Positions 40,461 through 51,272 of a DNA stretch of 64,000 bases are shown piece by piece. The notes under the pieces are model-generated. The model ran no database searches. It saw only the letters and a program-made list of their open reading frames with translations, and had not been told where the DNA came from. The translations under genes and the position numbers were made by a program. Position 1 is the stretch's first letter. Every line of letters starts with the position of its first letter. Source of the stretch: Myxococcota bacterium (GTDB lineage: Bacteria > Myxococcota_A > UBA9160 > SZUA-336); NCBI GenBank assembly GCA_965247115.1, contig CBDFGR010000003.1:384001-448000 (forward strand). Direction: 5' to 3'.

Positions 40461-42896
40461 CTACTCCAGGGCGCCGCTTGTGGCGAGGTCGGAGATCTCG
40501 GTATCGGTGAGGCCGAGGATCTCGCTCAGGATTTCCTGGTTGTGCTGGCCGATCGTGGGTCCCGGGCCTCTGTAGTGGGCCGGTGTCTCCGAGAGGCGCA
40601 CGCGCGAGGCTTCGACCGGGACGGAGCCCAGCAGCGGGTGGTCGAGCCACACGAAGTGCTCGAGCGCGCGGAGCTGCGGGTCCTCGAAGTAATCGGCGTC
40701 CGTGCTCACCCGGTGCACCGGCACGGACACCGCCTGGAGCGCGGCCTCGAGGTCCGCCACCTCCAGATCGCGGGTCCAGGTCGCGATGGCCAGATCGAGC
40801 TCCGCGCGGTGCCGGAGGCGAGCATCGGGCGTGGCGAAGCGCGCGTCGCTCTCCCAGTCTCGGGCCGCCAGCTTGCAGAGCTCCGCCCAGTCCTCTGGCT
40901 GCGGGGCGGCGAGCGCCACCCAGCGGTCCTCGCCTCGCACGGGGTACACGCCCGACGGGGCGTAGCTCCGGTGGGCGTTGCCCTCTGCTCGAGGCACGCG
41001 CCCGTTCACCTGGTAGTCCAGCATGGCCGAGCCGATCATCTGGATCGACGCTTCTATCTGCGAGCAGTCGACGCGCTGGCCCTCGCCCGTACGCCGCCTG
41101 TGCTCCAGCGCGGCGAGAATCGCGCAGGTCGCGAAGCGCGGCGAGACGTAATCTGTGTACGCGCCGAATGGGGCGCAGGGAGCACGGTCCGCCCAGCCCG
41201 TGAGATGGCCGAACCCCGCGAGTGCCGCGCCCATCGTGCCGTAGCCCGCCAGCATGGCGTCGGGCCCGGTCTGCCCGTGGAGACAGCTGGAGACCATGAT
41301 CAGCTCGGGCTTCACGCGGCGCAGGTGGTCGTAGTCGAGCTGCCAGGCCTTCATGGCCTTTGGCGTGAAATTCTCGACGACCACGTCTGACCACTCGACG
41401 AGCCGCAGCGCCAGCTCGCGGGCCGCAGGCACGGAGAGATCGAGCCCGAGCTTGCCCACGTTGAGATTCGCGTAGCCGGCCGAACCCTCGATGTCGGGAA
41501 CACGGTCCTTGTATGGCCCACCGGTACGCAGCGCGTCGAGCTTCTTGCCCGTCTCCACGCGAATGACCGTGGCGCCGTAGTCGGCGAGCATCTTCGTGAT
41601 CGCCGGTCCTGCGTATACCCAGGTGAAGTCGAGGACGCGCAGACCGGCGAGAGGAAGCCTGCGCTCGTCGCTACCTGCGGTCTGTGGAGGGGACAGAGGG
41701 GGGCGCTCCTCCTCGAGGACCTCCTGCTGGTGCTCGCCGAGCAAGGGTGGACGCCTGCGCATCTGGAGCGGAGTCCTGCTGAGCTTGACGCTCGGACCGG
41801 GGTAGTCGACCGTGACTCCGAGGTCCTCGTGTCGGATCGGCACCCAGAACTCGCGCTCGCGGAGCTGCTTGGACTGCAGCAGGTCTGCCGCGTCCGAGAG
41901 CGGCACGATCAGGACACGCCGCTCGAAGGCGGCACGATAGAGCTCGGCCTTGGTATGCGCGCGGGTAAAGCCCTCGATCAGCCCGGCACAGCGTTCGAGC
42001 TCCGACAACGGCTCTGCTCCACTGACGATCGCGGCGCCGAAACCCACCCAGTCCTTGTCGCGAGTCGCCTCGTCGGCGAAGCCCTCCTCGCACATCCACT
42101 GGAACATCCTGGCCGTGAACGGGCCCAACGCCGGGCCGAACAGGAACGTGAAGTTCACGTAGCCGTCCTTGCACGGGTACACCAGGCGAATGCGGATCGG
42201 CCCGGCGCGGACGCCGCCGCCAAGACGCTGGATCTGCTGGTCGCCCCAGCCATGTGCGAGCACGCTGGACTGGGTCGTCATCATCATCGACGTTTGAGCC
42301 GAGACGCTCGCGTGCTGGCCACGGCCGCTGTTCCAGCGCTCCGCTAGCGCGAGCACTGCGGCCACCGCCGCATCCGCTCCTGCGTTCAGGAAGGCCTGCG
42401 GTACGGAGCAGGTGAGCGGCGGGCGATCCTCGTCTCCCGTCTGGATCATCACGCCGGACGCGGCGGTGAGCGTGAGGTCGGTCGCGGCCCAGTGAGCCCT
42501 GGGACCCGACTCGCCAAAGGGCGTGATGGAGACGACGCTCAGGCGCGGATTGAGTTCCGACAGCACCCGGTAGCCGAGCCGCCGCTCGTCGAGCCAGCCC
42601 GGTGGCATCGACTCGAGGACGAGGTCCGCACTGGTGGCGAGGCGCCGGAAGGATTCGCGCCCCCTGCTCTGCTCGAGGTCCAGGCTGATGGAGCGCTTGT
42701 TGCGGTGGAGCGCCCAGAAGCCGACGCTCGCGTTCGGATCCGGCCGGTCCTTGAAGAAGGGGCCCTCGTGACGCTCCGGTACCCCTCCCGGAGGCTCGAT
42801 CAGGATCACGTCGGCCCCGAGGTCAGCGAGCGTCTAGCCGGCAAGCGAGGCCCCGCCGCTGGTCAGGTCGAGGACGCGGTAGGAAGAGAGCGGCAT
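40461..42896 (-). pseudogene. Double-domain CaiB/BaiF CoA transferase with an in-frame TAG at codon 21
   Basis: MPLSSYRVLDLTSGGASLAG*TLADLGADVILIEPPGG; TAG at 42834-42836; remaining 782 aa are open. Confidence 0.7.
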
Positions 42897-42952
42897 GACG
42901 TTCCCTAGACTACGGGGCGAGGCTCTTCCTTGCCCTGCGCCGGCGCACCGCT

Positions 42953-43645
42953 CTATTCGGGGCCTTCCGCCGCAACGTCGACGTCGTCCGCACGAACGCT
43001 GTCGAGGGCCTCGCGCAGCGCGACCGCCCAGATCTTGATCATCCGCCTGGCATCCGCGTTGTTCGTGACGGGGCTGGCGCCTCCTGCACTCCCGTAGCGT
43101 CCGGCCTGGCGCCGATCGATCGCGCGAGCGAGGATGGCGCCCGTCACCGAGTCATAGAGCTCGACTAGCACGGTCGCAGCGCCGGCAGAGGTGACCCATG
43201 TCCTCGTCCTCCCCGACGACCGGGTATCGGGCGCGTTGACGACGAGATCGAGGACCGCCGGGCGCACCACCAGCACGTCCTCCCCAATGTGATCGACGAT
43301 CTCGTATCCCCCCGCCTCCAGCTCTTCCACGAATACCGAGCGGAAGACCGTTGCGACGTTGCGCTTGATCCTCTCCATGTCGTCCGTGGTGACGCCTCGG
43401 TGGTCCCTTCTCCAGTTCTTCTTGAACGCGACCTCGACCTCCAGGATCCCGATCTTGTCGTAGCCGCCAAGATTGATGTCCGGCGTGGCGTAGACCAGTG
43501 CCAGCTCGCTGTCCTGAACACGATGCAGCCCGTCGAAGCTGAGCTCGGGCGCGTCTTCGGCGGCGACCGCCGTGGCGGCAGCGAGCGGACCCAGCAGAAG
43601 TCCCGCAACTAGGGTGAAAACCAGTGAATTGACGCTCGCTCTCAT
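42953..43645 (-). CDS. Exported protein, DUF3313-like
   Basis: Signal peptide, SFDGL, APD, ELYDSVTG.ILARAIDRR. Confidence 0.65.
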   Translation of the reverse strand: MRASVNSLVFTLVAGLLLGPLAAATAVAAEDAPELSFDGLHRVQDSELALVYATPDINLGGYDKIGILEVEVAFKKNWRRDHRGVTTDDMERIKRNVATVFRSVFVEELEAGGYEIVDHIGEDVLVVRPAVLDLVVNAPDTRSSGRTRTWVTSAGAATVLVELYDSVTGAILARAIDRRQAGRYGSAGGASPVTNNADARRMIKIWAVALREALDSVRADDVDVAAEGPE

Positions 43646-43752
43646 GGTATTGCCTCCGCGGAGATTATACGCGGCCCGCACATAGAGCCGCTCTGGGAGC
43701 TGGCCGGTCGAAGCCGGGGCGCAACGGTCGCCTTCCCTCCGCGGAGAGTGTC

Positions 43753-44103
43753 CTAGTTGCCGTCTGGGGGCGAGGAAAGCTCTTCTTCCGGCCGGGGGAG
43801 CAGTCTGCGCAGAATGCCCAGCGCCCGCATGTCGACGTTGAGGAAGCGCACGGCGAAACCGCCGGTCGGCGTATGTCGGACGACCTCCCCAGCCAGCCAG
43901 TCGGGCTTGTCCGGCGAACCGGAGGGCAGGACGATCCTCAGCTGCTCGCCGACGAGCGGCCGGCGTTCGGCCTCCTCGATCCGTGCGCCCGAGAGCGAGA
44001 CGTCGAGCAGGGAGCCCTTCCCGGTCAGGATCGCACAGCGAAACTCGACCGTGGTTCGGATCTCGTAGCGCTCGGCGCCTCTTCGCTCCCGCCCCCGCCT
44101 CAT
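43753..44103 (-). CDS. PilZ domain protein
   Basis: ERRGAER (RxxxR), DVSLSGA (DxSxxG), GEVVR, FAVRF. Confidence 0.85.
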   Translation of the reverse strand: MRRGRERRGAERYEIRTTVEFRCAILTGKGSLLDVSLSGARIEEAERRPLVGEQLRIVLPSGSPDKPDWLAGEVVRHTPTGGFAVRFLNVDMRALGILRRLLPRPEEELSSPPDGN

Positions 44104-44174
44104 CGGGCGGAGAGATCGGAGCTTACACGGCCGATCTTGACCTGACCGCCGCAGTGGCGAGCCCAGCTGGGACG

Positions 44175-44498
44175 CTAGTAGCGGTTTCGGCCGCCTCCGC
44201 CTCCGCCTCCGCCTCCGCCTCCGCCTCCGCCTCCGCCGCCCCCGCCGCGGTTACGCTCCTGGGCCTCGTTCACGCGGAGGTTCCTGCCTCCGAAGTCCCT
44301 CCCATCGAGGGCCTCCATCGCAGCATCCGCCTCGCTGGCTTCGTCCATCTCGACGAAGCCAAAGCCGCGCGAGCGGCCCGTCTCGCGATCCGTGATCACG
44401 TTTACCGAGCTTACCTTACCGTGCTGCTCGAACAGGTCTCGCAGCTCGTCCTCCGAGCTCGAAAAGGAGAGGTTTCCAACGTACAACTTCTTACTCAA
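44175..44498 (-). CDS. RRM RNA-binding protein with a Gly-rich tail
   Basis: KLYVGNL (RNP2), RSRGFGFVEM (RNP1), LRVNEA; TTG start. Confidence 0.92.
   Translation of the reverse strand: MSKKLYVGNLSFSSSEDELRDLFEQHGKVSSVNVITDRETGRSRGFGFVEMDEASEADAAMEALDGRDFGGRNLRVNEAQERNRGGGGGGGGGGGGGGGGGGGRNRY
44191..44232. repeat. (CCGCCT)7 microsatellite encoding poly-Gly
   Basis: Seven perfect hexamers. Confidence 0.9.
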
Positions 44499-44866
44499 CT
44501 CACGATCCTTCGCCGCGTCCCGATTCCGGGCTCGCGGCACCGGCGCCTGTTGCCAAACCGGACAGTCCGATGGGGTACCAGACGCTATGTCAACTGCCCG
44601 TCACGCCGGTCCCCAGACCTGCACGCACGGGCAGGAAAGGCAGACGCGATGTGGGAACAGAACAGCCGAGTAAAGCCAAGCTGTGAGCCGATCGGTAGGC
44701 CTCTCCGGGGAAGACTCTAGCAGAGGCGTCAATTGGAGCCAAGCAAATGTAATTAGCCGGATTGGCGCGATTTTGCCCCCCTCTAGCCAACCACGCCAGG
44801 CCCAGCCACTGCTGGCGGGTCGTTTGCAACCCGCGCGACGAAGGCCAGGAGCCCGGACTTGTCCCC

Positions 44867-45676
44867 TCAGTCCGCGTCCTGCTCGAGCTCCGGCATCAGG
44901 GCGACGTGAACGCGCTGGAACTCGGACTCGATCCTGGAGATGCGCACCACGGCATCCTCGATGTCGCCGGCCCGCGCCTCCTCTTCCAGCCGCTTGCAAA
45001 GCTCGGAGAGATGGCGGGCGCCCACGTTGCTGCTGCTGGACTTGAGCGCGTGCGCAGCTTGCTGGAGCTCTGCGTCGTCACGCTTCGAGGCAGCTTCGCG
45101 CAGCCGCTCGATCAGCGGAGGGGAGCCGTACAGATACGCATTGATGACCTGCGACAGGATGGACTGCTCGCGTCTCCTCATGCCTCGCAGACCCTCGATG
45201 ACGGTCCGATCGATCGGCCCGTCCACATCGTGGGGCTCGGAGCGCGACGCCGCCTCCGCGCGGTCGAGCAGGCGGATGCCTGCCTGCGCCTGGCTGGCAC
45301 GCACGAGGTACTTGGCCCGGTGGCCCAGCAGCACCGGCTGGATCGGCTTGGTGATGAAGTCCGTTGCGCCAACGTCGAAGGCCCTCTCGATCGAGCTCAG
45401 ATCATCGAGGCCGGTCATGATGAGGATCGGCGTGGTGCTGCCGCTGGCGGTACTGCGCAGCGTCGAGCACACCTCGAATCCGTTCACGAGCGGCATATCC
45501 ACGTCGAGGATCACGAGGTCTGGACGGATGCGCTGGAAGTCCGCAAGGGCTTGCCTGCCGTCCGCTGCCTCCATCACGTGGAAGCCGGCCTCCTCCAGTG
45601 CCGCAGCGCAGAGAATTCGGAGACCGGGGTCGTCGTCGGCAATCAACACCAGGGGGCTGTCGGACGCAGCGCTCAT
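44867..45676 (-). CDS. Response regulator: REC + C-terminal Hpt
   Basis: [30 protein letters not shown] overlap with the kinase stop. Confidence 0.85.
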   Translation of the reverse strand: MSAASDSPLVLIADDDPGLRILCAAALEEAGFHVMEAADGRQALADFQRIRPDLVILDVDMPLVNGFEVCSTLRSTASGSTTPILIMTGLDDLSSIERAFDVGATDFITKPIQPVLLGHRAKYLVRASQAQAGIRLLDRAEAASRSEPHDVDGPIDRTVIEGLRGMRRREQSILSQVINAYLYGSPPLIERLREAASKRDDAELQQAAHALKSSSSNVGARHLSELCKRLEEEARAGDIEDAVVRISRIESEFQRVHVALMPELEQDAD

Positions 45677-48087
45677 TCCGTCTTCCTCTCGACCTGCGAC
45701 ATGAGCGCCTCCTGCGCCCGCTTGTACTCTTCCCAGATCCCTGTCACCTGCTCTTCGGCATCCGGGACAGCTCCCTGTCGCGCTGCGTTCTCGAGCTCCT
45801 TGCAGAGCGCGGCCAGGGTACGAGCCCCGACGGTACCGCTGCTGGACTTGAGGGCGTGTGCACTCGCTCGCAGCCCGTTCGGATCGCCGCGTCCTGCCGC
45901 TTCTCGCAGGCGCTCGAGCAGCGGCGGCGTGCTGGTCAGATACGCGTCGACGATCAGCGGAATCACGGGCTTGCCGTTGCGACGCAGCTCTCTCATGGCG
46001 TCGAGGACAGTCATGTCGATGGCGCCGACAGCCTCGGGAGCCTTCGGCCGCACAGCCTCTACGGGATCGCGTTGTGTTGGGTCTTCGCCTTGCAGCTGAC
46101 ACAGGAGGTTCTGCAGCTGCTCCAGCTTGTAGGGCTTGGCCAGGTACTCGTCGAAGCCGGAAGCGAGACAGCGTTCCCGGTCCCCCTCCATCGCGTTCGC
46201 GGTGAGCGCGACGATCGGGGTGCGGCGCAAGGCGCCCTCCTGCTCGCTGGTACGGATCAGCGCGGTTGCTTCGTAGCCGTCCATCTCAGGCATCTGGCAA
46301 TCCATGAGCACGACGTTGAAGGCCCCCCGCCCGACGGCCTCGACGGCAGCGCGGCCATTCTCGACGATCTCCGCCGAGCAGCCGAGCTCTTGCAGCATCG
46401 CCAGCGCGACCTCCTGGTTGACGGGGTGATCCTCTGCGAGGAGGACGTGGCATGGCAGCTGCGGGAGTGGCGCCGCAGCGTCGGAGCTCGCGGCCGATGC
46501 GGGGGAGTCTCCGGAGCGTTGCCCGAGCGCCTCGGTCAGGCAGCCCTGCAGGTCGTCACGGCGAACGGGCTTTGCGATCCAGCTCGAGATTCCGTACTGG
46601 CGCAGCGCGTCCGGCTCGATCTCCTGGGCCATCGATGTCAAGATCACGAGCCGCAAGCTTGGAATCTCGGCGTCGGTGGTGATCTCCCGCGCGAGATCGA
46701 GCGCGTTCATCTCCGGCATCTCCATGTCGATCAGGGCGAGCTGGTAGGGGTCGTTGCGGGCGCCCGCGCGGAGCAGCTCCAGAGCGCGAGAGCCGCTGTG
46801 GGCCTCGTCGCAGCGCATGCCCCAGGACGTGACCTGCTCGCAGACGACGCCGCGGCTCGTCGCGTTGTCGTCCACGACGAGAATGCGCAGGTCCGGCGGG
46901 AACCCTGCCGGTGCGCCCTTCTGGGCACTCGCGGAGCATCGATACGATGCCGTGAACCAGAAGGTCGAGCCCACCCCGGGCTGACTCTCCACTCCGATTC
47001 CCCCGCCCATCAGCTCGGAGAGCTGCTTGGCGATCACGAGCCCCAGCCCGGTGCCGCCGTACTTGCGTGTGGTCGACTCCTCGGCCTGGCGAAAGGGCTC
47101 GAAGAGTCGGTCGCACTTGCCCGGCTCGATGCCGATCCCTGTATCCCTGACGTAGGAATGCAGGAAGACCTCGCGCTCCCCGTCGGCTTCGTGATCCGAG
47201 ACCTTCCAGACTTCGACGACCACCTCCCCCACACTCGTGAACTTGAGCGCGTTCGAGACGAGGTTCATGTAGATCTGCCGCAAGCGCGTGCGGTCACCGA
47301 CCAGCACGTCGGGAACTTCCGGGTCGATGCGCGCCACGAGCTCGATTCCTTTCTCGTGGGCCTGCCCTTCCAGCAGCTCCAGGACCTCCTCTATGACTTC
47401 CCGGATCTCGAACTCGGCCTCCTCGAGCTCGACCTCGCTGGCTTCGATCTTCGACAGATCGAGGATGCTGTTGATTACGTGGAGCAGCGATTCGCCCGAA
47501 CGCTGGATCGTCACCACGGAGTGTCGCTGCCGATCGCTCAGCTCGGTGCGCAGGAGCAGCTCGGTCATCCCGATGAGACCATTCAGAGGGGTCCGGATCT
47601 CGTGGCTCATGTTCGCCAGGAAGCCGGACTTTGCCTGGCTCGCTTGCTTGGCCTGGCGTGCCGATCGGAAGGCCCGGCGCATGGCGGACTGAAGGGCGAC
47701 CGTGCGGTCCGAGCTCTGGGTCTGAAGCTCCTCCTGCAGTGGCTTCAGGCGAGTCAGCATGTGATTGAAGGCGTCGACGAGCTTGCCGATCTCGTCGTCC
47801 GAGTCCTTGGTCGCACGGATGGAGTAGTCCTGGCTGTCCGCGATCTGCTTTGCTGTCTCTCCGAGCCGCGCAATTGGGGTGCTCACCGTGCGCCGCACGA
47901 AGGTCGCCAGCGCAATACCGAGCAGGCCGATCACGGCCAGGCCCGCTGCAACGAGGAGCGTTAGCTCGAACAGGCGGGAGCGCAGCTCGACGCTGTCGAA
48001 CCAGCTGACCGCCGCGAACGCGAGGGTCAGCGCGACAACGGCGCCCAGCATGCTCAGCGCGGAGAGCTTCCGCTGGATTCGAGTCAT
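45673..48087 (-). CDS. Hybrid sensor kinase (2TM-HAMP-HisKA-HATPase-REC-REC-Hpt)
   Basis: [32 protein letters not shown], two receiver domains, AHALKSSS. Confidence 0.93.
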   Translation of the reverse strand: MTRIQRKLSALSMLGAVVALTLAFAAVSWFDSVELRSRLFELTLLVAAGLAVIGLLGIALATFVRRTVSTPIARLGETAKQIADSQDYSIRATKDSDDEIGKLVDAFNHMLTRLKPLQEELQTQSSDRTVALQSAMRRAFRSARQAKQASQAKSGFLANMSHEIRTPLNGLIGMTELLLRTELSDRQRHSVVTIQRSGESLLHVINSILDLSKIEASEVELEEAEFEIREVIEEVLELLEGQAHEKGIELVARIDPEVPDVLVGDRTRLRQIYMNLVSNALKFTSVGEVVVEVWKVSDHEADGEREVFLHSYVRDTGIGIEPGKCDRLFEPFRQAEESTTRKYGGTGLGLVIAKQLSELMGGGIGVESQPGVGSTFWFTASYRCSASAQKGAPAGFPPDLRILVVDDNATSRGVVCEQVTSWGMRCDEAHSGSRALELLRAGARNDPYQLALIDMEMPEMNALDLAREITTDAEIPSLRLVILTSMAQEIEPDALRQYGISSWIAKPVRRDDLQGCLTEALGQRSGDSPASAASSDAAAPLPQLPCHVLLAEDHPVNQEVALAMLQELGCSAEIVENGRAAVEAVGRGAFNVVLMDCQMPEMDGYEATALIRTSEQEGALRRTPIVALTANAMEGDRERCLASGFDEYLAKPYKLEQLQNLLCQLQGEDPTQRDPVEAVRPKAPEAVGAIDMTVLDAMRELRRNGKPVIPLIVDAYLTSTPPLLERLREAAGRGDPNGLRASAHALKSSSGTVGARTLAALCKELENAARQGAVPDAEEQVTGIWEEYKRAQEALMSQVERKTE

Positions 48088-48211
48088 GGGTGACCTCTGT
48101 TGCTCATTGAGCGCGACCAGGCACGGGTGTCCGCACTATGGTGATCGGGCGGACGGCCTCCGGGATTGAAAATATAACTCGAGAAAAGGGGCACCCGTGT
48201 CGCGGGCGCGC

Positions 48212-48652
48212 CTAGCGCAGCGCGTCGATCGACGAGCGGAGCGTCTCGCCCACCTCGCGCATCTGCTCGTCGCTGGCGTACTTCGTGCGAGGCCAGAAGA
48301 AGCCGCGCAGACCGTCCTTGCGCCGCCGCGGCACCACGTGCACGTGCAGGTGCGGAACGCTCTGGCTGATCCGGTGGTTCATGGCGATGAAGCTGCCCTC
48401 CGCACCGAGCCCGCGCTCGAGCGCTCGCGCGAGCAATCGCACATTCGTGAAGACCGGACCGACCAGCTCGGGCGGTAGGTCGAGCAGCGTCTCGTAGTGC
48501 CCGCGTGGAACGAGCAGGCAATGGCCGTGAAAGAGCGGCCGACGATCGAGAAACGCGAAGCACGTCTCGTCCTCGAACACAGCGCACGACTCGAGCTCAC
48601 CGCCAACGATGCGGCAGAACATGCAGCAGGCTTGTGTGGGTCCGGCGGTCAA
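48212..48652 (-). CDS. HIT family protein
   Basis: CMFC, QSVPHLHVHVVPR. Confidence 0.92.
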   Translation of the reverse strand: MTAGPTQACCMFCRIVGGELESCAVFEDETCFAFLDRRPLFHGHCLLVPRGHYETLLDLPPELVGPVFTNVRLLARALERGLGAEGSFIAMNHRISQSVPHLHVHVVPRRRKDGLRGFFWPRTKYASDEQMREVGETLRSSIDALR

Positions 48653-48682
48653 CGTCTAGCCGATCAAGAACGTGCGTTCGCT

Positions 48683-48700
48683 ACTGGTCCCGGGACCAGT
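48683..48700. repeat. Perfect 18-bp palindrome ACTGGTCCCGGGACCAGT (element 2, 5')
   Basis: Read directly from the sequence. Confidence 0.9.
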
Positions 48701-48958
48701 GCGTTCATAACAATATTTCTTGAAAAAAAGCAAGAGATCCTTTGATAGGTTTCGAGAACTCGAGCGAGATGAAGCGAGTTCTGCGCTAGAACTTCGTTCC
48801 TCAGAGCTGTGATGCGTCTCTGCGAGTTGTTCTGCGGATTTCTGGCCGCGAAGTCTCAGTCTCGCTCGATTGCCCGGCATAGCAAATTCTCCGACACCGA
48901 AATACGTCGTGTTATCTTTCGGATCTCACCACTTCTTGGTCCCGGAGGAAAGACACTA

Positions 48959-50032
48959 ATGGAGGGTTCTCTTAAGACCGTCTCTGACGACAGACTGCTC
49001 AGAGGCCTCGACGCGCTCGTAACGAGGACTCGTCAGAACGAGGCGGAGCTGCTCACCTACCTAGCAGAGGTCGACACGCGAAAGCTCTATCTAGCAGAGG
49101 GCTACTCGTGCATGTTCCTCTACTGTACGGACGCGCTCCACTTCTCGGAGGCGTCGGCCTATCGTCGCATCGCGATCGCTCGCGCCGCGCGTGTACATCC
49201 GCTCTTGCTCGAGCGAATCCGTGAGGGGGCGCTGCATCTCGCAGGGGCGAAGTTGCTCGCTCCCCATCTGACTCCGGAGAACCGGGGAGAGTTGCTCGAT
49301 TTGGCTCGTCACAAGAGCAAGCGTGCGATCGAAGTGCTCCTTGCTGACCGCGCTCCAAAGCCGGACGTGCCGGCGCGAGTCAGGCAGCTCCCCGAGCGCA
49401 GGCCGGCCTCTGCTGTCCGGATGCGCCCGGAGATTGAGTCCAGGCACGAGGCTCCGAGACAGGAGACGGCTTCCTCGCCTTCGGTGCCACGCGCTCCGAG
49501 TGCTGCGCCGAGCCCTCTCGGCGGCAAGCGCTTCAAGATCCAGTTCACTGGCGACCAGGCGCTCTGCGACAAGCTGCGCCAGGCACAGGGGCTGCTCCGC
49601 CACCAGGTTCCGGACGGCGACATTGCGGAGATCTTCGATCGAGCCCTTACGTTGCTGGTTGGAGACGTGAAGCGGAAGAGGTTCGGCCAGACGTCGAGAC
49701 CCCGAAGACGGTCGAAGGCTACGAAGAAGCCCGGAGCCGTTTCTCGGCATATCCCGGCGGAGATCAAACGGGCCGTCTTCGCGCGGGACGGAGGTCGGTG
49801 TACGTTCGTAGGGCCGAACGGTCGCCTCTGCGGCTCAGGTGACTTCCTCGAGTTCCATCACCAGGACCCCTGGGCCAGGACGAAGCGGCACTCGATCGGG
49901 CGAATCGAGCTCCGCTGTCGGGGGCACAATCAGTACGCGGCGTTGCAGGACTATGGGGCTGACTACATGGCGCGGTTCGCCAGACGAGACGACTGCGCTC
50001 GGGCGCAGCTGGACGTGGAGGGGCGGGAATGA
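48959..50032 (+). CDS. HNH endonuclease, paralog of 12498..13571, 357 aa
   Basis: MEGSLKTVSDD aligns with MKGSLKSVTDD; RHIPAEIKRAVF.RDGGRC..EFHH.DPW..IELRCRGHN; GGAGG upstream. Confidence 0.85.
   Translation: MEGSLKTVSDDRLLRGLDALVTRTRQNEAELLTYLAEVDTRKLYLAEGYSCMFLYCTDALHFSEASAYRRIAIARAARVHPLLLERIREGALHLAGAKLLAPHLTPENRGELLDLARHKSKRAIEVLLADRAPKPDVPARVRQLPERRPASAVRMRPEIESRHEAPRQETASSPSVPRAPSAAPSPLGGKRFKIQFTGDQALCDKLRQAQGLLRHQVPDGDIAEIFDRALTLLVGDVKRKRFGQTSRPRRRSKATKKPGAVSRHIPAEIKRAVFARDGGRCTFVGPNGRLCGSGDFLEFHHQDPWARTKRHSIGRIELRCRGHNQYAALQDYGADYMARFARRDDCARAQLDVEGRE
49992..50009. repeat. Imperfect palindrome ACTGCGCTCGGGCGCAGC inside the 3' end of HNH gene 2
   Basis: CTGCGC-TCGG-GCGCAG at the same offset from the stop as in copy 1. 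Confidence 0.8.
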
Positions 50033-50979
50033 GCCAGGTCGATCTCGTCACCGGGGCGTTCGGGTTTACCGGGCGGCACATCGCGGCGCGCTTACTCGGG
50101 CGTGGAGGACGGGTGCGGACGCTGAGCGGCCTACCCTCGCCCACGGGAAGCAAGATCGAGGCCCTTCCCTACTCGTTTGAAGACCGTGGGCGGCTCGTCG
50201 CGAGCCTCGAGGGGGTGCAGACGCTCTACAACACGTACTGGGTTCGCTTTGATCACGGGCGCGTGTCGTACGAGCGGGCTGTCGCGAATACGCGGTCGCT
50301 GTTTGCGGCGGCGCGCGATGCGGGCGTACAGCGGGTGGTGCACGTGAGTATTGCGAATCCGGAGGGGAATTCGGATCTGCCGTATTACCGGGGGAAGGAG
50401 CTGCTCGAGCGGGAGCTGGTCGGGTCCGGGATGTCGTATGCGATCTTGCGGCCGACGGTGCTGTTCGGGGATCGGGGGATTCTGATCAACAACATCGCGT
50501 GGCTGCTGCGGCGGTTGCCCGTGTTCGCGATCGTGCGTAGGGAGTATGGGCTGCAGCCGGTGCATGTGGATGATCTGGCGCGGGTGGCGGTCGAAGCAGG
50601 GGACTCGAACGAAGCGTTGATCGCGGACGTTGCGGGGCCGGAGGTGTTCACGTACGAGGAGCTCGTCCGCGCGATCCGGGGCAGCGTGGGGAGTCGGTCG
50701 CTGGTGGTGCACGTACCTGCGGTGCTGGGGCTCTGGCTCGGGCGCGTTCTGGGGCTGTTCGTACGGGATGTATTGGTCACGCGGGACGAGCTCCGCGGGC
50801 TGCGTCGGAACCTGCTGGTGTCTCTGGAGGAGCCGCGGGGAGAGATCAGCTTGCGAGAATGGCTCGAGCGGAACCGTGACTCGGTGGGTACGCAGTATCT
50901 GTCGGAGCTCGGGTTGCACTATCGCGACCGCGAGGCTCGCGACCGCGAGGCTCGCGCCGCGAATTCGAGTGCTGGCTGA
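50029..50979 (+). CDS. NAD(P)H-binding SDR/epimerase (NDUFA9-like)
   Basis: VTGAFGFTG, LYNTYW, YYRGK, ILRPTVLFG, QPVHVDD. Confidence 0.85.
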   Translation: MSQVDLVTGAFGFTGRHIAARLLGRGGRVRTLSGLPSPTGSKIEALPYSFEDRGRLVASLEGVQTLYNTYWVRFDHGRVSYERAVANTRSLFAAARDAGVQRVVHVSIANPEGNSDLPYYRGKELLERELVGSGMSYAILRPTVLFGDRGILINNIAWLLRRLPVFAIVRREYGLQPVHVDDLARVAVEAGDSNEALIADVAGPEVFTYEELVRAIRGSVGSRSLVVHVPAVLGLWLGRVLGLFVRDVLVTRDELRGLRRNLLVSLEEPRGEISLREWLERNRDSVGTQYLSELGLHYRDREARDREARAANSSAG

Positions 50980-51021
50980 CGAGGAGCTGCCCGCGGACAC
51001 GGCCGCCGAGCCGGACGCGGG

Positions 51022-51270
51022 CTAGCGGAGCTTCAGGTACTCGCGCATCACGCAAAGCGGGCGGAAGCCCAGCGCGAAAAGATCGCACTTGAACTGGCGG
51101 TGTCCGAGCTCGGCGAACTCGTGCTCGACCGCGCGCAGCAGCTCGTCGATCTCGCTCGGAGTGGACGCGCGTGTCGCACAGGCGCGGTCGAGGAGCTCCG
51201 GTTCCGACATGGCCAGCGAGGATGCCAGCTCGCGGGGGCGCGACCGTGGTCCTGCGTTAGGATTAGGCAA
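51022..51270 (-). CDS. Small hypothetical protein
   Basis: Fills the intergenic gap; no recognised motif. Confidence 0.3.
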   Translation of the reverse strand: MPNPNAGPRSRPRELASSLAMSEPELLDRACATRASTPSEIDELLRAVEHEFAELGHRQFKCDLFALGFRPLCVMREYLKLR

Positions 51271-51272
51271 CG

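Larger units (their letters stand above)
48683..50032 (+). mobile_element. Putative palindrome-bounded HNH element, copy 2
   Basis: Same layout and spacing as 12222-13571. Confidence 0.6.

Noticed and set aside
44762..44776. Sigma54 promoter TTGGCGCGATTTTGC
   Set aside because: GG-to-GC spacing is 9 nt rather than the required 10, and it faces away from the adjacent genes
50922..50956. 15-nt tandem duplication (RDREA x2); also the 18-nt repeat at 20816-20849 in the TonB receptor
   Set aside because: Short in-frame slippage duplications in low-complexity termini; no sign of function
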